DNA of 64,000 nucleotides from Laetmonice hystrix (lineage: Eukaryota). Positions 1 to 12,180 of this stretch are shown piece by piece. Below the pieces are notes generated by a model, which worked only from the letters and a program-made list of their open reading frames with translations, was not told where the DNA came from and ran no database searches. Both the position numbers and the translations under genes were made by a program. The stretch is from positions 10,666,001 to 10,730,000 of the forward strand of contig OZ249436.1 in NCBI GenBank assembly GCA_965235115.1, in the 5' to 3' direction. Each line of letters opens with the position of its first letter. Position 1 is the first letter of the stretch.

Positions 1-3000
1 CTAGCGTTGTGTCACCAGATTCTGATTTAAATGACCAAACTGAAACTGATGTGTACATAGATATCAACTGGCACTAACATGCCGAAGCCATCCAACAATG
101 CGCATGGCTACCCATACGCTGGTACAGTTGTGTAGTATTACGGACAGTGTATGTAATACGGTATACTTGCACATTTATGGGAACTAGATTGTCATTCATT
201 TAGGCAGGATCAATCAATGTGTAAAGTCGATTTTGTCAATAGATTTTTAACTGACGTTCATTTGAAGAAATGGGGAATTGTTCATTTTAAGGCAGAAAGG
301 AAGGTGGATAGTATACTTGCACTGATTGCATGTGGTTTATTTATTTATTTTCATACAGGTAATTAACTTCTGGAGCGAGTGGTTCATGCAAATGTACACT
401 CAGGTATCGTTGTGTACAAGTTCTTCAGCAGGTAAAAGTCGAGTAATATTTGTACCCCTACTTTAACCCACTAATTCATTTGAATTACTGTCGATAAAAA
501 TCGATTATTCAAGACCTTGAGTAGTGGTATATGAGCAGTGCGTGTGACTGGGTTGGTTTAAACTGTAAGAAATGTGTACCCGGTAATTGGCCAGCTGTAA
601 ATAATAACCAAAGTGATAAACAGTACTCTTCTGGGGTAAATCTAGTCATCCCAGTTCACAAAAAGGAATTATCTTGAAGGGATGACTATACCAGCTGTGA
701 AAGATCAACTTCATTTTCAGCAAACACCCCACAGCACATGTTTCTATAATATTTTAATGTTCATGTATTTGTTTAGTTCTCTCATCTCTTGATAACATGT
801 GAAAGCATGGTAATGATGCAAAGTTATCAGGTTTAAATGCATTTGTTTCATTACGGGCTTAGGCTGAAAAAAAAAGCCTCCAACTTTGCAGCTGTAAGTA
901 CCGGTAATATAGCAATTAGTATTTTATAAAGCCTTTCTTGCGTGGAAAGTGAAAAAATCGAAACAGTGCTAAGAAAAAGTTTGGCTATGATTGGGACTGT
1001 ATGTACTTGTTATTTTGACGCATTGCTTTGACCTGTGTTAGCACTAGCAGAATGCTTTAGCTTAAAACGACTTTGGAGAAATGAGTCCAACTTATATCTC
1101 AACCTGTTGGATACTGGAGTTCATTAGTACATGTATTGTTATTGTAGCCATGTACTGGCGTACAGGTGAACTAAAAGGTATTGATAAGTCGCCATAGGAT
1201 ACTAAAAAATGGTTGTCTGCCGTTTTGGTTTTTGACTTTTGCTGTTATTTCACACATAGTGCAGTTGATGGAAAGTGTGTCCTAATGTGGTAACTTGATG
1301 TTATCTCAGTAAATATATGGCTAAGTAGCTCTAAGTGATGGTAGGGCTACTCCTGTAAAAAAGAATCGAGTAATTCAAGCCCTGTGAGTCTACCATTACT
1401 ACTCGGCCACCTACTGGTACTTCGACACTGGTTATTGTAAATGAGCCTCTCCTCCGTAAATCCCAGATCTGCCGTGTGTTAGGATACCGTATCGTCTGTT
1501 GAACTTTGCAGGTACCATGAATGATTTCACTCTTTATTTTAATCTTACCATGCTTGATCTCATCAGCTTCATATTTGATAATTTCTTGTACCTGTGTTAA
1601 TTTACGGCAAACACGACTGTACATTGGGTAATTTAGAGAATGTGCTAGGTAGTTGATAATCTTCCAGGAGTATTTCATTTCTTCTCATTTGCCATTTATA
1701 TACTGGTATATCCTTTGTTGCTATCACTGGCTTGTGATTCTGGAAAATCTCTGTAAGCAGGGACAAAGCCAGTCAATTGTAAATTAGGTGCCAGTTTATT
1801 TGCCGTAGAATGAGGGCCATGCCTCAATCACTAAATATGGCCATGATGGCGAAGGATGTGCATATGTAAATTTAATATTTTGTACAAACGGATTATAACA
1901 AAAGATCATATTGAATTGAAAGAAATGAAGAACATCACACTGGCAAATGATATTGTGTACAGGTAATTAAAAAAAAGTTGAATCATATGTATACTTCCGT
2001 TATTTGTTACAAGTCTAAACTCTTCAGTGATGAAACTCTGTTGCATAAATGTATTTAATACAATGTTCACCTGTAAATAATTTATCGGATTTATATGTCA
2101 TAGAAATCTGTAACAATCGTACATATGGCAGAAATAATAGCAACATCCAGTGGAAACAACAAAGAAATATATACCAAACAAATTGTACTGCCACATAGAT
2201 TAAGGTGGCATGATATAGAATGTGAAGACGTCGTACAAGTGAAATTTACATTTGAAGAAAACTAAAGATAGTAAAAAAAGATCACAGTTGATGTGTCCCC
2301 TGCTTTAATATTTATGAAATGGGCGCCCAACTCATGAAATGGGCGCCCAACGGAATTCAATTAAAGCTCTTTCTTCTTTTTTTTTCTAGGTGTAATTTTG
2401 ATAAAAATCATGGAATATTATGCCACTAAGGGAATTATGAAGAGAAACGCCATTAAAACGACACAATAACATACAGGCCAATCATTTTATTATCACATAC
2501 CTGTTGGTCATCAGTGGAACAATACCCTGTCTTATGACATGATCACAGTCTTTTAACATTGAGGATACACCTCTAACATTAGTACAATAGTACGAGTAAC
2601 TCGCCTTGGACTTAGTACTAAAATACATGCAAACTTTAACTTTAACCCAACTAATATCTGGAGAGAAATTTCATGTAAGGTACTTCCTGAAACTAATCAC
2701 AATTTTGCATCCTTAGCACCTTTATGTCCCACCCCCGACACACACTTTTGGTGCGGCCTAAACTGGTCAAAGGCCACTACATTTGGTTCCCTGAATCAGG
2801 AATCATACCAAGCATCACAAAGAATGATATTCAGGAATGTTTTGCCATTCTCTCTAACAACTCGTGAGGGTTCCCTCTCATCATACTTTATATTAATATG
2901 CCTCCGACAGGCATATTAATATAAAGCGAGGGAGCCCTCACTGTTCTCCATCACCAAACCACCGCACGCCTCCCAAAACAAGTCCTTGCAGGCCAGTGGA

Positions 3001-3657
3001 AATCTGACCTGAGCATGAACTTAACATCAATTTGGATGGAATCTATATCAATATCCTCTTTGTGGTGTGCATTTCACTACAACTATCGACTGGCCCACTC
3101 CAACTTTACATAAAACACAAGGAATTATCGGGATGACATCAATATGCTAAGATAATATCATGGAATGTTCTTTTCATTTTGTAACGCAATGTCATACAAC
3201 AAATTCTGTTAACATCAACGATATATTTGAGCAGGCTCATCAGTGCTACCCGTTCATAACATTATCACATTAGGCAAGATCTTGTTTGTTCATTCTCTGT
3301 TCAATGAATCATAAAGGAAATACTACTACTCTTAACTCGGCACATGATGTATAAGTACATTTGTATACCCATATGAAACCCGGCCACTGAGATAAAGGGT
3401 ATCTAAACTTGATAATATAAACAGCCATGTATGGAACTGCACTGGCTGTGTTTGTAAACTTTCACTAATTTGAGTCAAACTGGAAGGACTAGGTACTTTT
3501 TCTCAGGTTTTGGGCCACTTTCCGAAAATAGCACTAAGCACGTAAATTTCCCTTTGCACCATTATACTGCCCAAGTGACCCATGCCTGACAAATGGTTTC
3601 TATTTACAATTTTCTAACATTTCCAATGTGATTGAGAAATGTTACTCGTTTACATCA

Positions 3658-6600
3658 TCAGTCATTTTCATTACTGATTGTAGAATCCTCTCTGTCTACT
3701 GAACCACCCTTCACTGGGCGAGGCTTGAGAGAGAGTTTTGCAATAGGGGTCATCCTCTCACTCGCAGTAGGGGATATAAACCTTTTGGTCACACTCTTTG
3801 GTGTTACCCCAGGTATTGAGCTGGATTTCCTCATAGCAAGTTTAGAACCGCTTAGATCCCTTTCTCCTGGTGTTGGAAGAGGTCGCATGGATGGTAATTT
3901 AGACCGTCTTGGGGTCTGAAATTGTCCTGATTTTAGATTTTCTCCATCGCTTGCAGTACGGCTCAGACTTGATGGCCGTTTCACCTGTCTATGCATGGTG
4001 CCGGGTTGTTGTTTAACATCTGGACAGTCATGCTGACCATCTTGACGGTGCTCGACCCCGCAGCTACATGTTGGAGGACGGTTTCTGCTTCTGACCGTCG
4101 CTCTATTTTGATCTCTGGTAGGACTGATCACTTCTGATCGTTGGGCAGGCCTACCTGATACTCCAGGTGTTGGGCAGTCGGTCTCCAATGAAAGGTCTGT
4201 AACTTTGGTGACGATATCATTGTAATCAGTGGATGCCTTGTTGGAGGGTTCTCGGTCCTCACATTGTTCAAATATCTGTAATATTTCATCGATGTGACTC
4301 TTTCGTTGTTCTTTGACCATCTCTAGTTCCTTCACCAAACCATCCCTCTTTTGCTGACACTCCTGCTTCATCTTTTTCAGGGATTCGAGAAAATTATCAC
4401 CAAATTCTGACAGGGCTGCTGTACCTGATAAATGTCAATACAATCTAAATGAGACAGTCATACTCGAGATCTGTGAAACGAGCCTTCAGAGGCAAATTAT
4501 AAATATCCTAATCGCTATTATTAGTTTAAATAATTGATAAAAAGAGGGTACTAAACTACTACTAGATATTATCCCATTAAATTCTAAAGTCTATGTATGT
4601 ATTGCAGCTAACCTTTTGTTGTTTCCTTAGGATGAAAGGAGTCAATTGCCTCTCGAATCTAAAATAATAAGGAGGCCTGATAGGTTTCTAAATTCACCAA
4701 TGATGATTTCTAGTAAAAGTTAAAACATTGCGAATCACGAGAATAATCCTGTATGATTTCTGACGACTTGCTTCAGCCCTATTTCTATAACTTGTACACT
4801 ATTGGTATACTGGCAGCAATCTTCTAGCAAGTAAGATAATTTAATGTGTGTAGTCTGCACATTCAAAGGTCGGATCATGCAATGGTATATCCAGTATGTA
4901 TCTATCACCAGTAGTCCTTCATTACATTATTTGTTAATACTGTCATTTTTACCTGGTCTGCATACTGCTTAAATACTGACAGAAACTCCCGTAAAGCATC
5001 TTCTGAAGCTGAATCCTTGAGGTCTTCATACTGCTCTAAAATAGCTGAAAATAAAATAACACTTTTTAACCCAATGATCTAACTGAAGAGTTACAAATGA
5101 TAATACTAAGAAACACATGAAGGCATGCCATTCAGTTTGACTATTATACCAAAACAACCCTGTCCTATGGTTTTGCTTGTGTCATGTCACAAGTTAATCA
5201 AGTTAATCTTGTATGACAGAACAAAATCAAAATGAAGTGCCCTAGATTCAATTGCCTGATTGCATCTTTTACAGATATTTTAGAAATTTTACAAATTTAC
5301 TTATCCTACCTGTCAGTGGCTTGCAGAGCAAGGTGTTGGTACTATCTTCAAACAGCACGTAACCTTCCCTGAAGTACAACAATTAAATTTATCAATATGT
5401 GACTCCAAATAGTATACCTGTGTGGTAATGTGTGAAAATACATAATAAAATTGGAACAGCAATGCATAAAAGGTAATATACACATAGAGTATTTAACCCT
5501 TTCAAGATGGGCCCATTGTGGCCAAGACGTACACTAATGACGACGTAACAATTGAGTGAATGTGCCATAAGGATGGGCCATTCTGGCATGCCACATGTGA
5601 AAGGAGATTGCCTCTTTTCCCCCAACCACTCTCATCTCCAGAAAAATTATCCATGTTTTAGACAAAAGTAGGGATTTGAGTCTAGAGCTGGTCTAGGTGT
5701 AGCACAGCTGTCACTCAACTGTGACTTATGTCACAGTACAGGGCTGCAGCTCTATACACAATGGGCTCTGACGTAAGTCAAATGATGCCTCAAGGCATCA
5801 TCTGGCCCCCACCGTGGAATGCACCAGGGCATCATCCGGCCCCCACCCCGGAATGCCTCAAGGCACCACCCGTCCCTACTGGGTTAAGTGCTGGGGTATG
5901 TACTGAGAGAGAACAACTGATATAGTATGTGAAATAACCTCTAACTCCCAGGCGTTTATTTATTAACTGAACTACTGGCTTTTAATGTATCTTCTCTTAC
6001 CTGACTGAAGTGAACAGTGCTTGAATATAGTCCGTTTGAAGATTGTAGATTGCCTGGTGGAAATGCAACTCCTCTTCCAGACACTTCACCTGTCGTATGA
6101 TATATATATTTAATTTGATTATTTTATGGATGGACACAAAAATAATATCTAGATACAATTTAACTGTCTTACCATTATCCTATGTGGTTCTGTCACAAGA
6201 ACCAGGAATGTTAGAAATGGAGTATCATTGTGCTTTTCAAGTATCAATTAATAAATGAATGAGTCTGGCTAAAATTTCCCCTGACCTCAAGTGACCTCAT
6301 GTGGTTGTCATAAGCAATTGCCTTCATCAGGACTTCTATCATGTGGCGCCCTTCTGCAGCTTTACCCTTTGGGAAATTTGGAAGGCTCTTCATCACCCGT
6401 TCAGTCGTCAGCTCATCTAGGTATGGCTTTTGAAGGGCTGGCTAAAAATTCCAACATATGCACTCATCAAAACACCTTAACTGCCGTTTGCAGTTAATAC
6501 ACAATATAAGGTTTACTGAAATAGTGTATTAAGTTGTAATTCTCAATCAGTTACATTTTGAGCTGCTTTAATATTGATAATCTTTTGACATAAATGTGAA

Positions 6601-8840
6601 ATTCCTAATATGTTGTGATGGCAAGTGTAACCAAGTTTAAAACCATTTGTATACATTTTTCCTGTTACTGAAAGGAGTAGAATCTAGGCATATATATTTC
6701 AGGTTATTTAATACTGATATTCACTTAGAAACAAACACGTACACAGAGGACTGTATATGGCCAATTTTTCATCCCATATTCTCCACTGACTAAAATCAAA
6801 CGGCTCCCTTATATCAAAGTTTCCTCCTAAATTGTAAATCTAATTCTACTGACTATAAAATTACCCAAGGTGCTGCAGGTACAAGAACAGATAAATCAAG
6901 CAGATCTTTGGTTGATGATTTGAGCTGGTTACAGGCATGTGACACTTCTCCGGCCAGACGGATATACACCTCAAGTGGCACGTCTTTGTTGGCTGGTTTT
7001 ACATCATCTTTGTCAACAGAGACGATGGCATGAAGTGACAGGTTCACCAGCATCAGCTGCTTGTAGAGCTGTGCAAGCTTGCTTTCTAGTTTACCCTGAA
7101 AGCAAACATTGGTGCCAGTACAGTCTTTACTCCTGAGTGATGAATAATAAAGAACCCCTGCTAAAGAAGGTAACTGTTATAATTGTTTAAAGAAATAGGA
7201 CGCCTTATCGAAAGGAGATTTAACTTTTATTGGAACAATCAATAATCATTATTATGGCCTGAATTAAAATACACTCTTCCATTCACAGACAACAGAAAAT
7301 GTGAAATGAGAAAAAGACCTAACATATATCTCCATAATCTTAGCATTCCTGTAGTACTTACAACATGTTTCAGATTAAGGTGTTCAAGTTTCCCACTGCA
7401 TACATCCATCAAACTCGCTGGCTCCCACGTTGATTGCTTGACAAACCTGTCCATCATTAGAAGTGGCCGCTGTAACTTATCTTGGTTTGCATTCTGTAAG
7501 AACAGTGATATGATTTAACTTTTAGTATTCAGTCTATAGTAGAGTGCTCCTTAAGAAGCACTTGGAGGATTTCTATTTTATCATATGATTCATAAACTGA
7601 CCTCTACACCTTTAAACAGCTTTATTCGTGCTGACTCAGCAGTGTCGACAATCCTGTTAATGTCACTGCTTGACATTGGAATCTGGCCAACTGTGGAACC
7701 AAAAGCCTTCTCCTCTGCAAGGTATGTTCTGTAAAAGTAGCAAACTGGAAAATTTAACCTTTTTAAAAAATAATTCCTGATAAGAACTCTACAATAAATA
7801 GTATAAATAGATGTAAATGAATGGTGAAACACATGTCTAAACATATTATTAGACAAGTTCCTTTCCAAATGAAGCCCTTACATTAAATATAGAAAACATA
7901 AATCCATACAAAGTAAAAAATCGACGACTGGTATCCTTGCTGGATAATAAGCATGATGGCACTCACCTGGCACAATCTGCAATTACTGTCAGAGCATTCT
8001 CTACCTCCATCAGTGAGAATGTTCTTGATGACTGGGCCTCAGCTAGTGTGATCATCTGCCTTTCCAGTTGGATGATGTGTGCCTTGAGCATTGTAACTCG
8101 TCGCTCATCATAACGTTCGTGACTAGATTCCCTGACCAGCTGGTGATACATAGTGCTGTGGAAGGGAGCAAATCTTCACATGACCATACAAATTTTATGG
8201 GACTTCTTTAATTCATTTACCATTTTCTTGAGGGCCTTTTTTAAAACTACATCAGGTGGCAAGTCACCGAGTGAGCTAATCATGAAGCAAAAACCTTGGG
8301 AAATTTTCAGAAAGATGACTTGAGCTTACCTCATTTCTGAGAGATCATTTCGAAGTTTGGCATTCTCTTCCTCCAGTGTCTAAAAAAATACAATTCAGAT
8401 GATTAGTGTAATAAATCTCTATTGTATCAAATCAACGACTGAATTTTGTGCAAACTAAAGGCTTCTATTATTGTGAAAAAAACAGGTTGACTGGAAGCAA
8501 TATCCAATACAGAATTTTGAGATTTCACTTACAAAGTCACATTGTTTGTTTACTATACAGATCTCAGTATGGTTCCAAGTTGAACCAACCAGACACATCA
8601 TGGGCTTAGTTGCTCAGCGACCAAAGATAACTATAAACTATAAACCAGTTGTCATGGTTGCTCGGGACTCGTGTGTCACCCAGCGACTAAAGTGTGAACC
8701 TAGCTTTACAGACTCACTTTTATTTGTCTTTCAGCTCTAGCAAGACTAGCACTATTGGTACCCTCTTCAAATGTATGTTCAGCTGAAGAGGAAGGTGCTA
8801 TCTTGCTGGCTGCACCCTTCTGCCCTCCAGACCTTCTCAT
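3658..8840 (-). CDS. Uncharacterised coiled-coil protein, 12 coding exons, ~686 aa
   Basis: Phase-consistent GT-AG exons: 8840-8718, 8379-8330, 8155-7967, 7728-7602, 7493-7362, 7095-6865, 6441-6286, 6089-6001, 5368-5310, 5044-4953, 4658-4613, 4424-3658 (2061 nt). The protein has an N-terminal coiled coil (LARAERQIKTLEEENAKLRNDLSEM...YDERRVTMLKAHIIQLERQ), a helical middle and a disordered S/P/R-rich tail. The acceptor at 8853 implies a non-coding first exon, probably ending at the donor near 10008. Family not recognised. Confidence 0.85.
5497..5883. mobile_element. Degenerate piggyBac-like MITE (TTAA flanks)
   Basis: TTAA-CCC...GGG-TTAA with a weak TIR. Internal direct repeats ATGCCTCAAGGCA and GCATCATC(T/C)GGCCCCCACC; the palindrome resembles the one in 51536-51840. 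Confidence 0.45.
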
Positions 8841-9747
8841 CTTTTTGAAAATCTGCAATATTACACAAGATCCACTGTACAGAGAAACCATGATCCAAAG
8901 ACCAAAAAAACCCAGCATTTCAGTTTGACATACATGTACTTCAGTTTGGTGTCTTGCAAACTGGCCAATGGTAATGTATCAAAAAATGATAAATGTTTCT
9001 AAAAGGAAATTGATACAAAATCGTAAGATTAAACAGGTAGTGTCAATAATAAATTAGGATTAGGCCTACTTATTCAAATTATTTACATAGTATAACTGCA
9101 GTGCCAATGTATGGGCCTTCCTTTATTGACACTGTGGCAGTGTTTTAAATTAGTAGGGACCATCTCACTGCAGCATACTAGTAGGGACCACCTGATATCG
9201 ACACTATGGCAGTGTCAATTAGTAGGGACTGTCTCATAAGGACCCTGCGGCAGTGTCACTAGCCATCACCACAGTACACGGTAGTCTAAATAGTGTCAAT
9301 TGTCATTCTGAATAGTGTCAAGTGAAGGACAAGGGAGCAGTTCTTATGCCAAATTTGTTTGGTCATTCGTTATTCAATGTCATTCGTCATTCTGATTAGG
9401 CCTTAGGCCAGGGCCACCCCGGTAGTCTAACACTAACATAAGAAGTCATAACAAGTTAAATTTGCTAAATTTGATTATCTTATTTGGTTCATGAATAACT
9501 ACCTCATCATGATTTAAACAAATTGCTTGGGTTAGGGGTTATTTAGGGTCAGGCCTAGGGATAGTCTTATTTTTGTCTCAAATTGGGTATTAATTGGATA
9601 GTATGAAAGTCGGCTATTTAGCCGTAATCGTAGAGCATTATCCAGTAGGATTGAAGCTTAATCAGTTATGGTCACATTACCCCGCCAAATACCGGCTAAA
9701 TTAAATAGGGTAATAGTAACAGGTACGGTACTACCGGTAGGTCTAAC

Positions 9748-9918
9748 CACACAGACAGTCAACACACAATCAACACACACTACACTACAGTACACACACT
9801 GACTGAGTGACTGACAGTGACACAGACAGTCTGAGTCAGTCAGTGTCACTCACTCACTGTCACTGTCAGTGTCACACTCACACAGCGGCCCTCCTCACAC
9901 AGTCACAGTCAGAGACAG
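9748..9918. repeat. Degenerate CA/CAGT/CACT microsatellite
   Basis: Runs of cacaca, actgactg, cagtcagt and cactcact. Confidence 0.75.
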
Positions 9919-11051
9919 GCACGTTGTCGTTGCTATGGGCAGTATGGGCCATGCCAAAATAACCAGACGGTATCCCATCACGAACCCGCCAGTCGATCAT
10001 ATCCTACCTTATGTAAAGGCTGACTTGACAGATTTAGCCTAGTAACTCCTAACAAACACTTCGTACCATTGGAGTACACGGATGGGCGATATCAGGGGAT
10101 TTCATCAGATGATTGAGTCTCACACTTGTCAGCAGGTGGCACCACCAATGATAGTACCACCAAAATTCGTAAGAGGGCGCATGGCTATCGCAGCGCCGTC
10201 TGGTGGTCCACGTGTGAAACTCATGGTCCGATTACATGCTTGTTACATGCCATAAAAATTGGCCTGGGTGAGTGCTAAGTTTATTTTTGTCTCAAAGATA
10301 GTCAGCTATATTTAGCCGGAGAGTAGGCCTATTACCCAATAGAATCGATTCACATGACCCCGCCAAATGCCGGTTAAATATTTATATACACTGCCTATCT
10401 TGTATAATAGGGCGAAATATTCAGACGGTAAAAAAGTAGTAATAACATAAAATATTAACCCTTACCTTATTCATCAACGTAATCTTTATTTCAAATGCTG
10501 ATCAATACACCTTGTAGACATTACAATGACATTTTGATCCATTTCTGTTTTCATTTTATTTGGGACTGTATAGTCTGTAAGTACTGTAAAATCTTTAAGA
10601 AAACAACTTTATACCCAGTATACATTTTTTTGACGATTCACTACTGTCATTCTATTCCCTGAAGTTTGCTTTCTTTTGTTTTTAACATTTACTGATATAA
10701 CTATATATACATGTACGTCCAAATTAAAATAAATTCTCATGTGAAGATCAGTTACGGTATAGGCCTATACGAGTCTTGCTTATATATGACAATGCAATGT
10801 ACATTGTACTATAAGAGATTTATTTCAAGGATTAATTGGAACCAGTTTTATGAACACTGGCTACATCCATCCATTCCAAGCATGTTTTCTACCTTGATAT
10901 CGACAATCAGGAAGAAAATACAAGGCACCGTACTATCACAGACCATTATAAAAACTGAGAAATTACGAGCAAGAGCAACTGTCAACAATATTACAGTACA
11001 CTTGAGCAAGACTGATAAGAATAAAGTTTCTGTAAAATTTCATTTCATAGA

Positions 11052-11260
11052 CAGGGCCGTAAATGGCATTGAGGCAACCGAGACAGAGCTGCCTTGGCTA
11101 AATTTCAACAACAACAAAATTATAGCCGTCCAAATTAAAATAAAAGTTGGGAAGCCCCCCCCCCCTCCCATCCCCCTCCCACCCACCCCACCCCACCCTG
11201 CAGACGACTGGCGCCTTTGCCGCTCGCCTCGGCCAAATTCCCTTCACATTTACGGCCCTG
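11052..11260. mobile_element. hAT-like MITE
   Basis: 14-bp TIRs CAGGGCCGTAAATG / CATTTACGGCCCTG with flanks cataga/cataca. A truncated relative lies at ~16173-16323, ending ATTTACGGCCCTG. Confidence 0.75.
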
Positions 11261-12180
11261 CATACATGTCATAGATTAAAAGAACACGATTGGTATGTTC
11301 ACAATCTTGCCACTAGGAGGAGATAGCGGCCGGATCGGGATATAATTGCCCCCTAGCGGCTGGGGCAGGAACCACATTCACTAATCCGGATGCATCGATA
11401 TCCGGGCGGTTTTTCATGGGAAGCAAAGTGTCCGGATTAACGGGGTCTGACTTAATACATGTATATTATTTTATTTGATCGATGTCAAAGATTAAAAGAA
11501 AACAATCTTATCTGAGGCATTATCACGTTAAAGAGACCATCCCATTTTAAATACAAGATTGGCACATGAGATGTCTCTGGTCTTGTGTAACAGCAGAGCA
11601 TGGAATTGTGCTTACACGTTCTCTGATAACAGCACTGAGCAGTATATAAACATCTTCCCCATGCTCTTAAACAATAACATCATATTTGCTCTATTGAATG
11701 ATCTCTTTCATTCATTAAATCACCAATCATTCTTCCCCACTACAATGTAGTAACAAGGTAGGCCTACTTTACATAAGCTAATATTATGGAAACAATAATT
11801 GGTCATCAATAGATAATTGATAGATGTACAAGAAGGCAAGATACCTTATCACAAATTAGCTTTCAAGTCAATACTTATTATTTTATTTCTTGTCCATGAT
11901 ACATTTCAAATAGCCTATCATGGAATGTCTATAAATTGTAAAGTATGCATACTTCACAAGGACAATTCAACCCAGGGTGGATCCAGGAATTTTGGAAGGG
12001 GGGGGGGTGTCTCTCCATAATTATACATGTATATCAAAATCTATCAGTGACGATACAGTTAAATATTAGCCTGTCCTCGCCCTAATCTGAAATCCACTTT
12101 GGTACGAGCTTTTGCCTTTACATTGCATACATTCGTCTCTGATTGTGACATTTCTTTTAGTACTGCCCTCCAAATTTTAA

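Noticed and set aside
2314..2351. Short direct duplication ATGAAATGGGCGCCCAAC
   Set aside because: A simple 20-bp-period duplication with no further structure.
10711..11274. 187-aa plus-strand ORF
   Set aside because: AT-rich sequence antisense to the probable PEX11 3' UTR, running through a MITE, with no domain signal.
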